A stretch of 51,633 bases of DNA from an uncultured Collinsella sp. (GTDB taxonomy: Bacteria > Actinomycetota > Coriobacteriia > Coriobacteriales > Coriobacteriaceae), in assembly GCA_902490095.1 (NCBI GenBank), contig CABUCQ010000001.1, forward strand, positions 1-51,633. The letters are read 5' to 3'. The notes below the pieces were generated by a model that was not told the origin of the DNA, searched no databases, and saw only the letters and a program-made list of their open reading frames with translations. Shown here piece after piece: positions 1 through 8,974 of the stretch (its first letter is position 1; every line of letters starts with the position of its first letter). The position numbers and the translations under genes are program-made.

Positions 1-2799
1 GCCGACGGCACCTCGACCATCCTTTCGGCTGAGGACATCGCGCACCTCACCGTGACGCAAAAACACGTTCGCTGCGGTCGCTGCTCCAACAACTGCCAGC
101 TCACCGTTAACGACTTTGGCGGCGGCAGGCGCTTCATTACCGGCAACCGCTGCGAGAAGGGCGCCGGCCACAAAAAGCAGAAGACCGAGGCCCCCAACCT
201 CTTCAAAAAGAAAAACGAGCTGCTCTTTAACCGCGAGGTGCTGAGCCCCGACGAGGCCCCGCGTGGCACCGTCGGCATCCCGCGCGCACTCAACATGTAC
301 GAGAACTATCCCTTCTGGCACGCGTTCTTTACGCGCTTGGGCTTTAGCGTGCAGCTATCTGACCAGTCGAGCAAAAAGACCTACCAGGCGGGCATCGAGT
401 CCATGCCGTCCGAGAGCGTGTGCTACCCGGCAAAGATGAGCCACGGCCATGTGATGAACCTTATCGACCGCGACGTCGACTTTATCTGGATGCCGTGCGT
501 GCGCTGGGAGCGCAAGGAGGACCCGACTGCCGGTAACTGCTATAACTGCCCCATCGTCATGAGCTACCCCACGGCGTTGGCACTCAACATCGACGAGATC
601 CGCGAGCAGAACATCGAGTTCCTGTATCCGTTTGTGCCCTATCACGACAAGACCGAGCTCAAGCGCCGTCTGTACCAGGTGCTCGCCGTCGACCGTGTGG
701 CCGATGCGCAAGCTGGTCGCGGTCGCGTGCGCGGACCCAAGATCACGCGCTCCGAGGTCGATGCCGCCGTCAACGCTGCCTTTGAGGCCGATGCGCGCTT
801 CCACGAGGATATCCAGACCATGGGCGAGGAGGCTCTTAAGTGGGTCGAGGACCACGGCGGCCACGGCATCGTACTCGCCGGCCGCCCCTACCATAACGAC
901 CCCGAGATCAACCACGCCCTGCCCGAGCTTATCTCGAGCTTTGGCTTTGCGGTCTTTACCGAGGATTCGCTCGCGCATCTGGTGAAGCCCGAGCGTCCGA
1001 TTCGCGTCGTCGATCAGTGGATGTATCACAGCCGCCTGTACGCCGTCGCCCGTTTTGTGACGATGCGCAACGACCTGGACCTGATTCAGCTCAACTCCTT
1101 CGGCTGCGGCTTGGACGCCCTGACCACCGACCAGGTGCAGGAGATTCTGGAAGCCAGCGGCAAGATCTATACCGTGCTCAAGATCGACGAGGTATCCAAC
1201 CTGGGCGCCGCGCGCATCCGCATTCGCTCGCTCATGGCCGCGCTCAAGGACCAGGAGGCCGAGCGCCTGGCAGAGGCCATGGCCGCGGGCGAGGCCTACG
1301 AGCAGGGCGATGCCGCGCCGGTGGCGCCCTCCACGGACGCTTCCGCGTTCGCGAGCCACAAGTATACGTTCGAGGCGCAGCGCGAGAGTGCCTCGACCGC
1401 ATGGCCCAAGGTACCCTTTACCGAGCAGATGCGCGAGGAGGGCTACACCATCCTGTGCCCGCAGATGGCGCCGATCCACTTTGACCTGGTCAAAGAGGTG
1501 TTCCGCGGTGCCGGCTACAACTTGGAGCTGCTGCCCTCGACCGACCATGACGCCGTCGAGGCGGGCCTGCGCTACGTGAACAATGACATCTGCTATCCGT
1601 CGATTCTGGTGACGGGCCAGATCATGGAGGCCATCGAGAGCGGTCGGTACGACCTGTCCAAGACGGCCGTGGTTATCAGCCAGACCGGCGGCGGCTGCCG
1701 TGCCACCAACTACATCGCGCTCATCCGCAAGGCCCTGCGCGAGAGCGGCCATCCCGAGATTCCGGTGATCTCGCTTTCAGCTGTGGCGCTCGGCGAGGAC
1801 AACCCCGGCTTTAAGATTACGCCGGCGCTGCTTAAGCAGGCAGTCTACGCGGTGCTCTTTGGCGACGTGATGATGCAGATGCTCTACCGCTGCCGCCCGT
1901 ACGAGGCCACGCCCGGCGCCGCCAACGCGCTCTACGAGGAGTACATGGCGCGCGCCCGCAAACTGGCGCCCAAATTCAACCGCCACAACTACACCAAGCT
2001 GTGCCGCGAGGCCATCCGTGCGTTCGACACCATGCCGCTTGCGGGCGAGGGCACCAAGCCGCGCGTGGGCGTGGTCGGCGAGATCCTGGTCAAGTTCCAT
2101 CCCACGGCCAACAACCACGTGGTCGACGTTATCGAGCGCGAGGGCTGCGAGGCCGTAGTACCGGGCCTGCTCGACTTCTTCCTGTACTCCATGAGCAACG
2201 CCGAGCTGCAGAAGGACGAGCTGGGAAGCTCTGCCACTACGCGCGCTGGTATGCAGGCGCTCATCAAGCTCGTGGACTGGATGCGCACGCCGGTGGAGGA
2301 GATGCTCGAGAAGTCCCGCCGCTTTGAGGCACCCGAGCGCATCGGCACCATGGCCGACAAGGCCCGTACGGTGCTTTCGGTGTGCAACAACATGGGCGAA
2401 GGCTGGCTGCTCACGGCCGAGATGCTCGACCTGATTGACCATGGCGCGCCCAACATTATCTGCACGCAGCCTTTCGCGTGCCTGCCCAATCACGTGGTGG
2501 GCAAGGCCGTGATCAAGGAGCTGCGCCGCCAGCACCCCGAGAGTAACATTGTCGCGGTGGACTACGACCCCGGTGCGTCTGAGGTCAACCAGCTCAACCG
2601 TATCAAGCTCATGATTAGCGTGGCCAAGGAGAACATGCGCGCCGGTAAGGGCTTTAAGCTCGAGAAGGTGGCGCCGCTCGCGATGGACGAGGTCACCGGC
2701 CAGATGCGTGCCCATGACGGCTGCGTGAGCTGCGGCTCGGTCGACGAGAGTGCCGTGGCGTCGGTCGCCAAGCGTCTGGGGCGCGGTATTAAGAAGTAG
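1..2799 (+). CDS. 2-hydroxyacyl-CoA dehydratase/activase-related fusion protein (DUF2229-type), 5'-truncated by the window edge
   Basis: Frame is open from base 1. Motifs CGRCSNNC..GNRCEKG, GIPRALNMYE, SESVCYPAK, NSFGCGLDA, QTGGGCRATNY and QPFACLPNH are typical of CoA-enzyme activase/dehydratase fusions. Confidence 0.8.
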   Translation, partial: ADGTSTILSAEDIAHLTVTQKHVRCGRCSNNCQLTVNDFGGGRRFITGNRCEKGAGHKKQKTEAPNLFKKKNELLFNREVLSPDEAPRGTVGIPRALNMYENYPFWHAFFTRLGFSVQLSDQSSKKTYQAGIESMPSESVCYPAKMSHGHVMNLIDRDVDFIWMPCVRWERKEDPTAGNCYNCPIVMSYPTALALNIDEIREQNIEFLYPFVPYHDKTELKRRLYQVLAVDRVADAQAGRGRVRGPKITRSEVDAAVNAAFEADARFHEDIQTMGEEALKWVEDHGGHGIVLAGRPYHNDPEINHALPELISSFGFAVFTEDSLAHLVKPERPIRVVDQWMYHSRLYAVARFVTMRNDLDLIQLNSFGCGLDALTTDQVQEILEASGKIYTVLKIDEVSNLGAARIRIRSLMAALKDQEAERLAEAMAAGEAYEQGDAAPVAPSTDASAFASHKYTFEAQRESASTAWPKVPFTEQMREEGYTILCPQMAPIHFDLVKEVFRGAGYNLELLPSTDHDAVEAGLRYVNNDICYPSILVTGQIMEAIESGRYDLSKTAVVISQTGGGCRATNYIALIRKALRESGHPEIPVISLSAVALGEDNPGFKITPALLKQAVYAVLFGDVMMQMLYRCRPYEATPGAANALYEEYMARARKLAPKFNRHNYTKLCREAIRAFDTMPLAGEGTKPRVGVVGEILVKFHPTANNHVVDVIEREGCEAVVPGLLDFFLYSMSNAELQKDELGSSATTRAGMQALIKLVDWMRTPVEEMLEKSRRFEAPERIGTMADKARTVLSVCNNMGEGWLLTAEMLDLIDHGAPNIICTQPFACLPNHVVGKAVIKELRRQHPESNIVAVDYDPGASEVNQLNRIKLMISVAKENMRAGKGFKLEKVAPLAMDEVTGQMRAHDGCVSCGSVDESAVASVAKRLGRGIKK

Positions 2800-2827
2800 T
2801 TGGCCTACTTCGAGCCGGATATAAGAC

Positions 2828-2865
2828 AAACGGGTGGTAGTCGTACCGGCTACCACCCGTTTTTG
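2828..2865 (+). terminator. Intrinsic terminator
   Basis: AAACGGGTGGTAG-loop-CTACCACCCGTTT followed by T residues, just after the stop codon. Confidence 0.75.
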
Positions 2866-2866
2866 C

Positions 2867-3105
2867 TGGACATATGTTGCGCAAATGATCTCGCTGCAGC
2901 CTTCCGTGGGCTTGCCCGATTTTTGGGCTGGCTCGGGCTTTGAAGACAAGTTATTGCAGGCCCAGGGCGATTTCTCGCTCAATGCGGGCCAGCACACTGT
3001 GACCTATTTGCCAAACGACGAGACGACCGCTACGGTCTGCCCATCGCCACCTACGAAATGGAAGCCGAGAAGTACATCTACCGCGTGTACAAGTACGAGC
3101 TGTAG
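2867..3105 (+). pseudogene. Possible frameshifted 3' gene remnant
   Basis: ...GDFSLNAGQHTVTYLPNDETTATV continues after a shift near 3037 as LPIATYEMEAEKYIYRVYKYEL* with host-like codons. No clear start or RBS. Confidence 0.3.
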
Positions 3106-3295
3106 CGCTGCGCTTAGGCTTGACCAATGGAGTATGAAAACACGCCGTTCGCCGATGCCCCCTCCGCGAGTGGCAGCCATATGGTTTGATGTTAGAAACA
3201 TATAGTTGTCGCCAGCCTGCTGGCGACGTTCCCCCTAATATCGGAGGTTCCAGGTATGTTTCACGCTCCGTTAAACAACTATCGGTTGGGCTAAC

Positions 3296-3745
3296 ATGGG
3301 TCGCCGTGCTATTTCGATAACCCTTGCAGTGGTCTGCCTGACTGTGCTCCTGGGCGCTACAGGGCTGTTTGCTATAAGCCGAGAAACGTCCTATATGCAG
3401 GAATGCGCTTCCGAAGGGTTTGCCATTGACGGTTACTATCGGGACGACAAGACGAGTCTGGAAACCCTGGCCTTTCTTGAAGAGGATAACCATCGGTGGC
3501 AACTGGTCGACAAAGACGGCACCTGCGTTGACGGGCAGTTTAAGCGTACGGACGATCCCAATATCCTGGTATTAAAGAAGGAAAACGGCGAAGAGTTCGG
3601 CACGGTTCACGTTGCATATATATCGCGCCGACGCAATCAAGGGCAGATTTACCTAATTAGAAATACTAAGGTGACCCGATTTTATCTTGTGTGCACCGAT
3701 CCAGCGTTTACGGTGGAGTCTGGCGATGTCGATCCGGACAGTTGA
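3296..3745 (+). CDS. Hypothetical membrane-anchored/secreted protein
   Basis: 149-aa ORF with an N-terminal basic+hydrophobic segment and a beta-rich body; lower GC than its neighbours. Confidence 0.65.
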   Translation: MGRRAISITLAVVCLTVLLGATGLFAISRETSYMQECASEGFAIDGYYRDDKTSLETLAFLEEDNHRWQLVDKDGTCVDGQFKRTDDPNILVLKKENGEEFGTVHVAYISRRRNQGQIYLIRNTKVTRFYLVCTDPAFTVESGDVDPDS

Positions 3746-3870
3746 TTCACGGCAATAAAACAGCGAGCGGGGCGCGGGTGTGAACTGTACTCCGCTATTT
3801 GCTCGTGTCCGTATCGCGTCTGCGCCTCGTCGTAACTTGCGTCCGTGCGAGCATTCATCCTGCGCCGGCA

Positions 3871-5010
3871 TCACTTCACATCGAACTCAACGCGATCGAG
3901 CTCGGACACGTTGAGGTCGATGAGCTTGCGGGCGACGTGGCGGTCGTGCGCCCCGAGCGCCTCGCTCGTTGTCACATGGGCGACAACCTCGCGCTCGACG
4001 ATGCCCTCTTCCTCGCCCTCGGCAGCCGAGGTCTCGACGGCGACGGTGTAATCCTTAAAGCCCGGCAGCACCGCGGCAAGTTCGCGCGTAGTTTCGGTGA
4101 CGCCATAGCCGTCCTGCACGCCGGCCTGCGCCGAGCCAATAGACCCCGCGGTCATAACGATGCAGGGGATGGCAAAGATCACCGTGCCCACAATAATGCG
4201 GCGGCGCACCTTGCGTGACAGCTCGTCGACCTCGGCATTTTCCTCGGCGGTCACAATGCCGTCGCCGTTGAGGTCGCGCTTGAGCGGCACACGCAAAAGA
4301 AGCAATACGGCTTCGGCCGCCAGCGCGATAAAGACGACGTTGATGCCAAACTCGTAGAGGGCTGAGAGGAACAGCGACCCGCTCGCGATGGCAATGCCAT
4401 AACCCGCCGCGCACAGGGGTGGCATGAGCGCGGTCGCCACGGCCACGCCGGCGATGAGCGTGGCGGGTTCCTGATCGCGCGAGTTGCCCAACCCGCCCGC
4501 AAAGCCGCCCGCGAGCGCGACGGCAAGGTCCCACACAGTCGGTGTCGAATTGTCGATGATGGCCGCCGTGGTGGTGCCAAGGGGCGAGAGCTTAAAGTAC
4601 AGCGTGGACGTGACCAGGCAAAAGACCATCTGCAGTGCGAGGCTGGCAATGGCCTCGACGGTGATCTCGCGGTCGAGCGTTGCAATACCGTATGCCATGG
4701 CAAGGACCGAGCCCATAAGCGGGCAGATGAGCATGGCGCCCACGATGGCAATGTCCGAATCGATATCGAGGCCGATGCTTGCGATGAGCATGGCGATGAT
4801 GAGGATACACAGGTGAGAGCCAGTCAGACGCGCGCCGTTTACAAAACGCTTGCGAATCACGTGGTAGGGCGCGCGACCCTCGCGAATGTTGAATGCGCGC
4901 TTGAGGAAGCGGGTGATGTTTTCCATGGCTTCGCTATGAGCGGGGCGGATGCCGTGACGCCGATGATGACGCTCGCGCAGTCGCTTGATCTGTTGTTTGT
5001 CGAGTTCCAT
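3871..5010 (-). CDS. DUF389 / TIGR00341-family membrane protein
   Basis: IASIGL..S.IAIVGAMLICPLMG, PTVWDLAVA and GVAVATALMPPLCAAGYG motifs. Start placed at MELDKQ behind a GAGGTG RBS. Confidence 0.85.
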   Translation of the reverse strand: MELDKQQIKRLRERHHRRHGIRPAHSEAMENITRFLKRAFNIREGRAPYHVIRKRFVNGARLTGSHLCILIIAMLIASIGLDIDSDIAIVGAMLICPLMGSVLAMAYGIATLDREITVEAIASLALQMVFCLVTSTLYFKLSPLGTTTAAIIDNSTPTVWDLAVALAGGFAGGLGNSRDQEPATLIAGVAVATALMPPLCAAGYGIAIASGSLFLSALYEFGINVVFIALAAEAVLLLLRVPLKRDLNGDGIVTAEENAEVDELSRKVRRRIIVGTVIFAIPCIVMTAGSIGSAQAGVQDGYGVTETTRELAAVLPGFKDYTVAVETSAAEGEEEGIVEREVVAHVTTSEALGAHDRHVARKLIDLNVSELDRVEFDVK

Positions 5011-5317
5011 GTCCACCTCGTTCCAGCGCGGTCCGCGCAACGCGCCCGTTGTCCTAACTCTACACCGTGGCGGGCGGGGTGTCTGTTGGATGCGGAATCC
5101 GATAGGGCGGATGACGCGGGAGCAAATGCAAATCACAGGCTCAATTCCATCCCGCGAGAATATGATGCACCAGCTCCTTCAAATGTGACGAAACTGTGAA
5201 GCACGAGAGCGTGAATTTCAAAAAATACGCTGGTCGCCAATGTTGCGCAACAGAATTCAAAAATCAGCTCCTATATTTTGAAGCGTATGGATACATCCGT
5301 GTCAAAGGGAGAAAGCC

Positions 5318-8300
5318 ATGGCAAACTACAGTCCACAACACTTTGAGCCTCGGGCCAAGGCCGTCAACGTCAAGGGCGTTGCCAACCGCGCCGTCGCAAC
5401 CGTTTTGACGGCGGGCCTCATCGCTCAGCCGCTCATGTCGCCGCTGGCGGCAATCGCCGCACCGTCAACCGATAACGGCGATTCTGTTCAGGGGGGGGGT
5501 AGTTCTGTAGAGAATACCGTTGCCGCCGGTAACCAAGCGGTCGTAAAGACGGCTGCCCAGCTGGCCGAGGAATCGGCAAAGCAGCTCAAGGACGCTCAGG
5601 CCGCCTACGATGCCGCCCAGAAGAAGGCCGACGCGGCGGGCCAGTCTCAAAAGCAGGCGCAGCAGCAAAAGAATCAGGCCTCGCAGGCTGTGAGCGACAA
5701 CGAAATCGAGCAGAACGCAGCAGAAGTCGCCGCGCTCCAGGAGAAGATTGACGAGCTCAAAGCCGCCGTCGAAAAGACCGAGCAGCAGCAGAAGAAGCTG
5801 GGCGACCTGAACGATCAGCTCGAACAGGCCAACAAGAGTGTCGAGGATAAGACCCAGGCGCTCAAGGACGCCAAGGCAAAGCAGGATGAGGCCAAGAAGG
5901 CCCTCGATGATGCCCAGGCCAAGCTCGAGGCCATGGGTATGGACGAGTACGAGGCCGCCAAGAAGGCCGTCGAGGACGCGCAGGCAAAGCTCGATGACGC
6001 CAATAAGGCCGTTGCTACTGCACAGGCCAATCTGGACCAGGCCAAGGCCGCCGAGGCCAGTGCTCAGCAGGAAAAGAAGGACACTGAGGCCGCTCTGACT
6101 TCCGCCCAGGCCAAGAAGCAGGAGACTGCCGCTGCTCTCGCAGTCGCAACCACCGCGCGCGATAACGCCCAGCAGAAGTTCAACCAGGCGCAGGCCGCGC
6201 TCGATGCTGCCGTCTCGGGTACGGGCGTCGACCTGAGTGCGCTTGAGGCCGCCAAGAACGCTGCTGCTGGTGAGCTCAAGACCGCGCAGGCGGAGCTCAA
6301 TTCCGCGACGGATGCCGACGCCACCGCACAGACAAATCTGCAGGCCGCCCAGGCTGCCGTCGCTGCCGAGCAGGAGAAGGCCAACGCCGCCAACGCTGCT
6401 GTGACATCTGCCCAGTCTGCATACGATGCGGCAAACAAGGAGTACAAGGACGCGGCCAGTAAGCGTGACGCTGCGAAGACGGCATACGAGCAGGCCCAAC
6501 AGACCGAGGCCGACAAGAAGGCTGAGTACGACCGACTCGTCGAGATTCGTCAGCAGAAGAGCAACGAGTTCGATCAGGCTCGTGCTGAAGTAACCGACGC
6601 GCACAATGCATACGACGCCGCAAACGCCGAGGTCGAGAAGCTTAACCAGCAGATTGCCGACCTCAAGTCGAACATGACCGTAGACCAGAATGTCATCAGC
6701 CAGGGCGTGCTCGGCTTCATGAATTACATCATCGGCGGCAGCCAGTTCACAGCCACACAGAAAAAGAACGCCCAGGAAGCCGTATCGATGCTGACCGGTG
6801 CCGCCGACAAGGCCGAATGGTATGACCAGTACGTCGATCAGGACATGTCTCGCGACACCAACCCGCTTTCCTTGGAGCAGATGCGCAACGCCTTGACATA
6901 TCTTGACACCCAGAACAACCTCCGCAAGGCGAACGGTCAGTCGGCACTCAGCGTCAGCCTCCGCATGACTGCGGCAGCCGCCCTTAATGTATCATATTCA
7001 TCGAACATCTGGGGACACTCGGGCTGCTACTGGGATAACGGTGAAAATCTTGCTGGCGGTGGCGGTGCATATACCGGCGGCGAGACCGAGGACACGCTTG
7101 GCTGGCCATATACCGGTCTCTACACCCAGGAGAAAGAGGCATTCGATAAGTACGTCGAACAGTATGGCGACGCACTTGGAAGCCATCGATATGATTCCAA
7201 CTATATCTACCAGCACTACAGCAGCATCTACCATGAGTGCGGGCACTATCTCAACATCATCGATGCCGGCACGAAGGCTATCGGCATCGCAACCGGTAGC
7301 GGTAAGAACACCGATTCCGAGGTGACCATCTTCGATTACAGCTCTTATGACAGTGAGGCTGATTTCTCTGTCTCTGAGTTCAAGAAGCTCCTGAACGACT
7401 ACATTGATTCCGCCTACAATGCAGGCGGCACGCAGGAGCAGAAAGAGCAGCTGAAGCAGCTTCAGAATAAGCTGGCAGAGGCGCAGAAGAACTTCGGGAC
7501 TGCCGGAACGGCTTATTCTAACGCATTGGATAAGCAAGAAAGCGCTCGCGACGCCTATACCGCGGCCGACACGAACGTGAACACCGCCAAGGGCGAGTAC
7601 GAGAAGGCTAAGTCCGGCACCGCCGCCGCGAAGACGGCATACGACGCCGCGAAGGACGCACTCGGCGGAATCGACATCGAGTCCCTCAAGCAGAACCTCG
7701 ATGCCGCCAAGGCCGAGGCCGCTACTGCCCAGGCGGCTCTCGATAAGGCAAACGCCACGCTTGCTGACAGCAAGACGAAGGCAGCCGAGGCCGCTGCTCA
7801 CAAGGCGAAGGTTCGCAGCGCCCGCGATGCCGCCAAGGCAAAGTCCGAACAGGCCAATGAGGCGTATGACAACGCCACGGTTTCGGTCAAGGACCTTGCT
7901 GCCAAGCGCGATGCCGCCCAAGCGGGCCTTGCGAATAAGCAGGGCTCGCTTGACGAGGCAAAGAAGGCCGACGATGCCGCCCAGGCTGGTGTAGACAAGG
8001 CCCAGGCCGCAGATGTCCAGGCCGCGACTGCTCTTTTGGACGCCAAGCAGGCGGTTGCCGCCAAGGCGCAGGCCCTGTCTGACGCACAGGCGAAGGCCAA
8101 GGCCGCCGAGGGCGAGCTGGCTACCGCGAACAAGGCCTTCGAGCGCTTCGCCGGCGCCCAGAAGGCGGTCGACGACGCCAAGGCCGCCTATGACGCCGCC
8201 GTCGCCGGTGTCGCCGATGCCCAGAAGCAGCTCGAGGCCGCCAACGAAGCCGTCGTCGATGCGACCTTCGAGATCGTCGAGGCCAAGGCCGAGCTTGCCA

Positions 8301-8773
8301 ACGACGAGGCGCTCAAGGCCGATCTTGAGGCTGTCGACCACAAGGCATCCCTTGCCGCGGGCACGACGGGCAACGAGAAGCTGGTCAAGCTGAACGCTGC
8401 CTACGCTCGCTATAAGGCCGCCGTCGATGCCGCCGCTGGCCTCAAGGCTGCTCTGAGCGATGCCGATGCCAAGCTGTCCGATGCCAACGACGCCTATGCC
8501 GCCGCGCTTGCCGAGCTCGGAGATGCCAAGGATGCCCTGGCTGCCGCTCAGGCCGAGTACGACAAGTATCATCCCAAGGCTGAGCCGCAGGCCAAGCCTC
8601 AGGTTGCGCAGGCTGCTGCAAAGGCCCCCGTTGCCAAGAAACAGGCTGCGCCTGCCGCGCTCGCCCAGACTGGCGACAATTCCGCGCTTGCGGGCGAGGT
8701 GTTCGTCATCGGCGGTGTGACGCTCGTGGCAGCGGGCGTGACGCTGGGCGATCGTCGTCGCAAGCAGATGTAG
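5318..8773 (+). CDS. Large sortase-anchored surface protein: signal peptide, Ala/Lys/Gln coiled coil, central CAP (SCP) domain, second coiled coil, LAQTG anchor
   Basis: Signal peptide ending AAIA. CAP motifs NNLRKANG..L, GH, GENLA and GHYLNII..TKAIGIA. C-terminal LAQTGD + hydrophobic helix + RRRKQM. AAGGGAG RBS. Confidence 0.85.
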   Translation: MANYSPQHFEPRAKAVNVKGVANRAVATVLTAGLIAQPLMSPLAAIAAPSTDNGDSVQGGGSSVENTVAAGNQAVVKTAAQLAEESAKQLKDAQAAYDAAQKKADAAGQSQKQAQQQKNQASQAVSDNEIEQNAAEVAALQEKIDELKAAVEKTEQQQKKLGDLNDQLEQANKSVEDKTQALKDAKAKQDEAKKALDDAQAKLEAMGMDEYEAAKKAVEDAQAKLDDANKAVATAQANLDQAKAAEASAQQEKKDTEAALTSAQAKKQETAAALAVATTARDNAQQKFNQAQAALDAAVSGTGVDLSALEAAKNAAAGELKTAQAELNSATDADATAQTNLQAAQAAVAAEQEKANAANAAVTSAQSAYDAANKEYKDAASKRDAAKTAYEQAQQTEADKKAEYDRLVEIRQQKSNEFDQARAEVTDAHNAYDAANAEVEKLNQQIADLKSNMTVDQNVISQGVLGFMNYIIGGSQFTATQKKNAQEAVSMLTGAADKAEWYDQYVDQDMSRDTNPLSLEQMRNALTYLDTQNNLRKANGQSALSVSLRMTAAAALNVSYSSNIWGHSGCYWDNGENLAGGGGAYTGGETEDTLGWPYTGLYTQEKEAFDKYVEQYGDALGSHRYDSNYIYQHYSSIYHECGHYLNIIDAGTKAIGIATGSGKNTDSEVTIFDYSSYDSEADFSVSEFKKLLNDYIDSAYNAGGTQEQKEQLKQLQNKLAEAQKNFGTAGTAYSNALDKQESARDAYTAADTNVNTAKGEYEKAKSGTAAAKTAYDAAKDALGGIDIESLKQNLDAAKAEAATAQAALDKANATLADSKTKAAEAAAHKAKVRSARDAAKAKSEQANEAYDNATVSVKDLAAKRDAAQAGLANKQGSLDEAKKADDAAQAGVDKAQAADVQAATALLDAKQAVAAKAQALSDAQAKAKAAEGELATANKAFERFAGAQKAVDDAKAAYDAAVAGVADAQKQLEAANEAVVDATFEIVEAKAELANDEALKADLEAVDHKASLAAGTTGNEKLVKLNAAYARYKAAVDAAAGLKAALSDADAKLSDANDAYAAALAELGDAKDALAAAQAEYDKYHPKAEPQAKPQVAQAAAKAPVAKKQAAPAALAQTGDNSALAGEVFVIGGVTLVAAGVTLGDRRRKQM

Positions 8774-8840
8774 CGTTTCGAGCGTAGATTCTGCAACGAA
8801 CTTCGGTTCATAGCAGGAACGCTTCGATAGCTTAACCGAT

Positions 8841-8886
8841 AAGGCCGGCGCGCTGTTAAACGCAGCGCGCCGGCCTTTCTTTGTTT
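8841..8886. terminator. Terminator between convergent genes
   Basis: AAGGCCGGCGCGCTG-loop-CAGCGCGCCGGCCTT followed by a T-rich tract. Confidence 0.75.
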
Positions 8887-8974
8887 CGATATCAAAAAGC
8901 CCGGTCAGCAGCCGCAGAAGCTACCGACCGGGCAAGCCGTAGGCAATATGGTTGCTGTCGAGCAGCTGCTCGAC

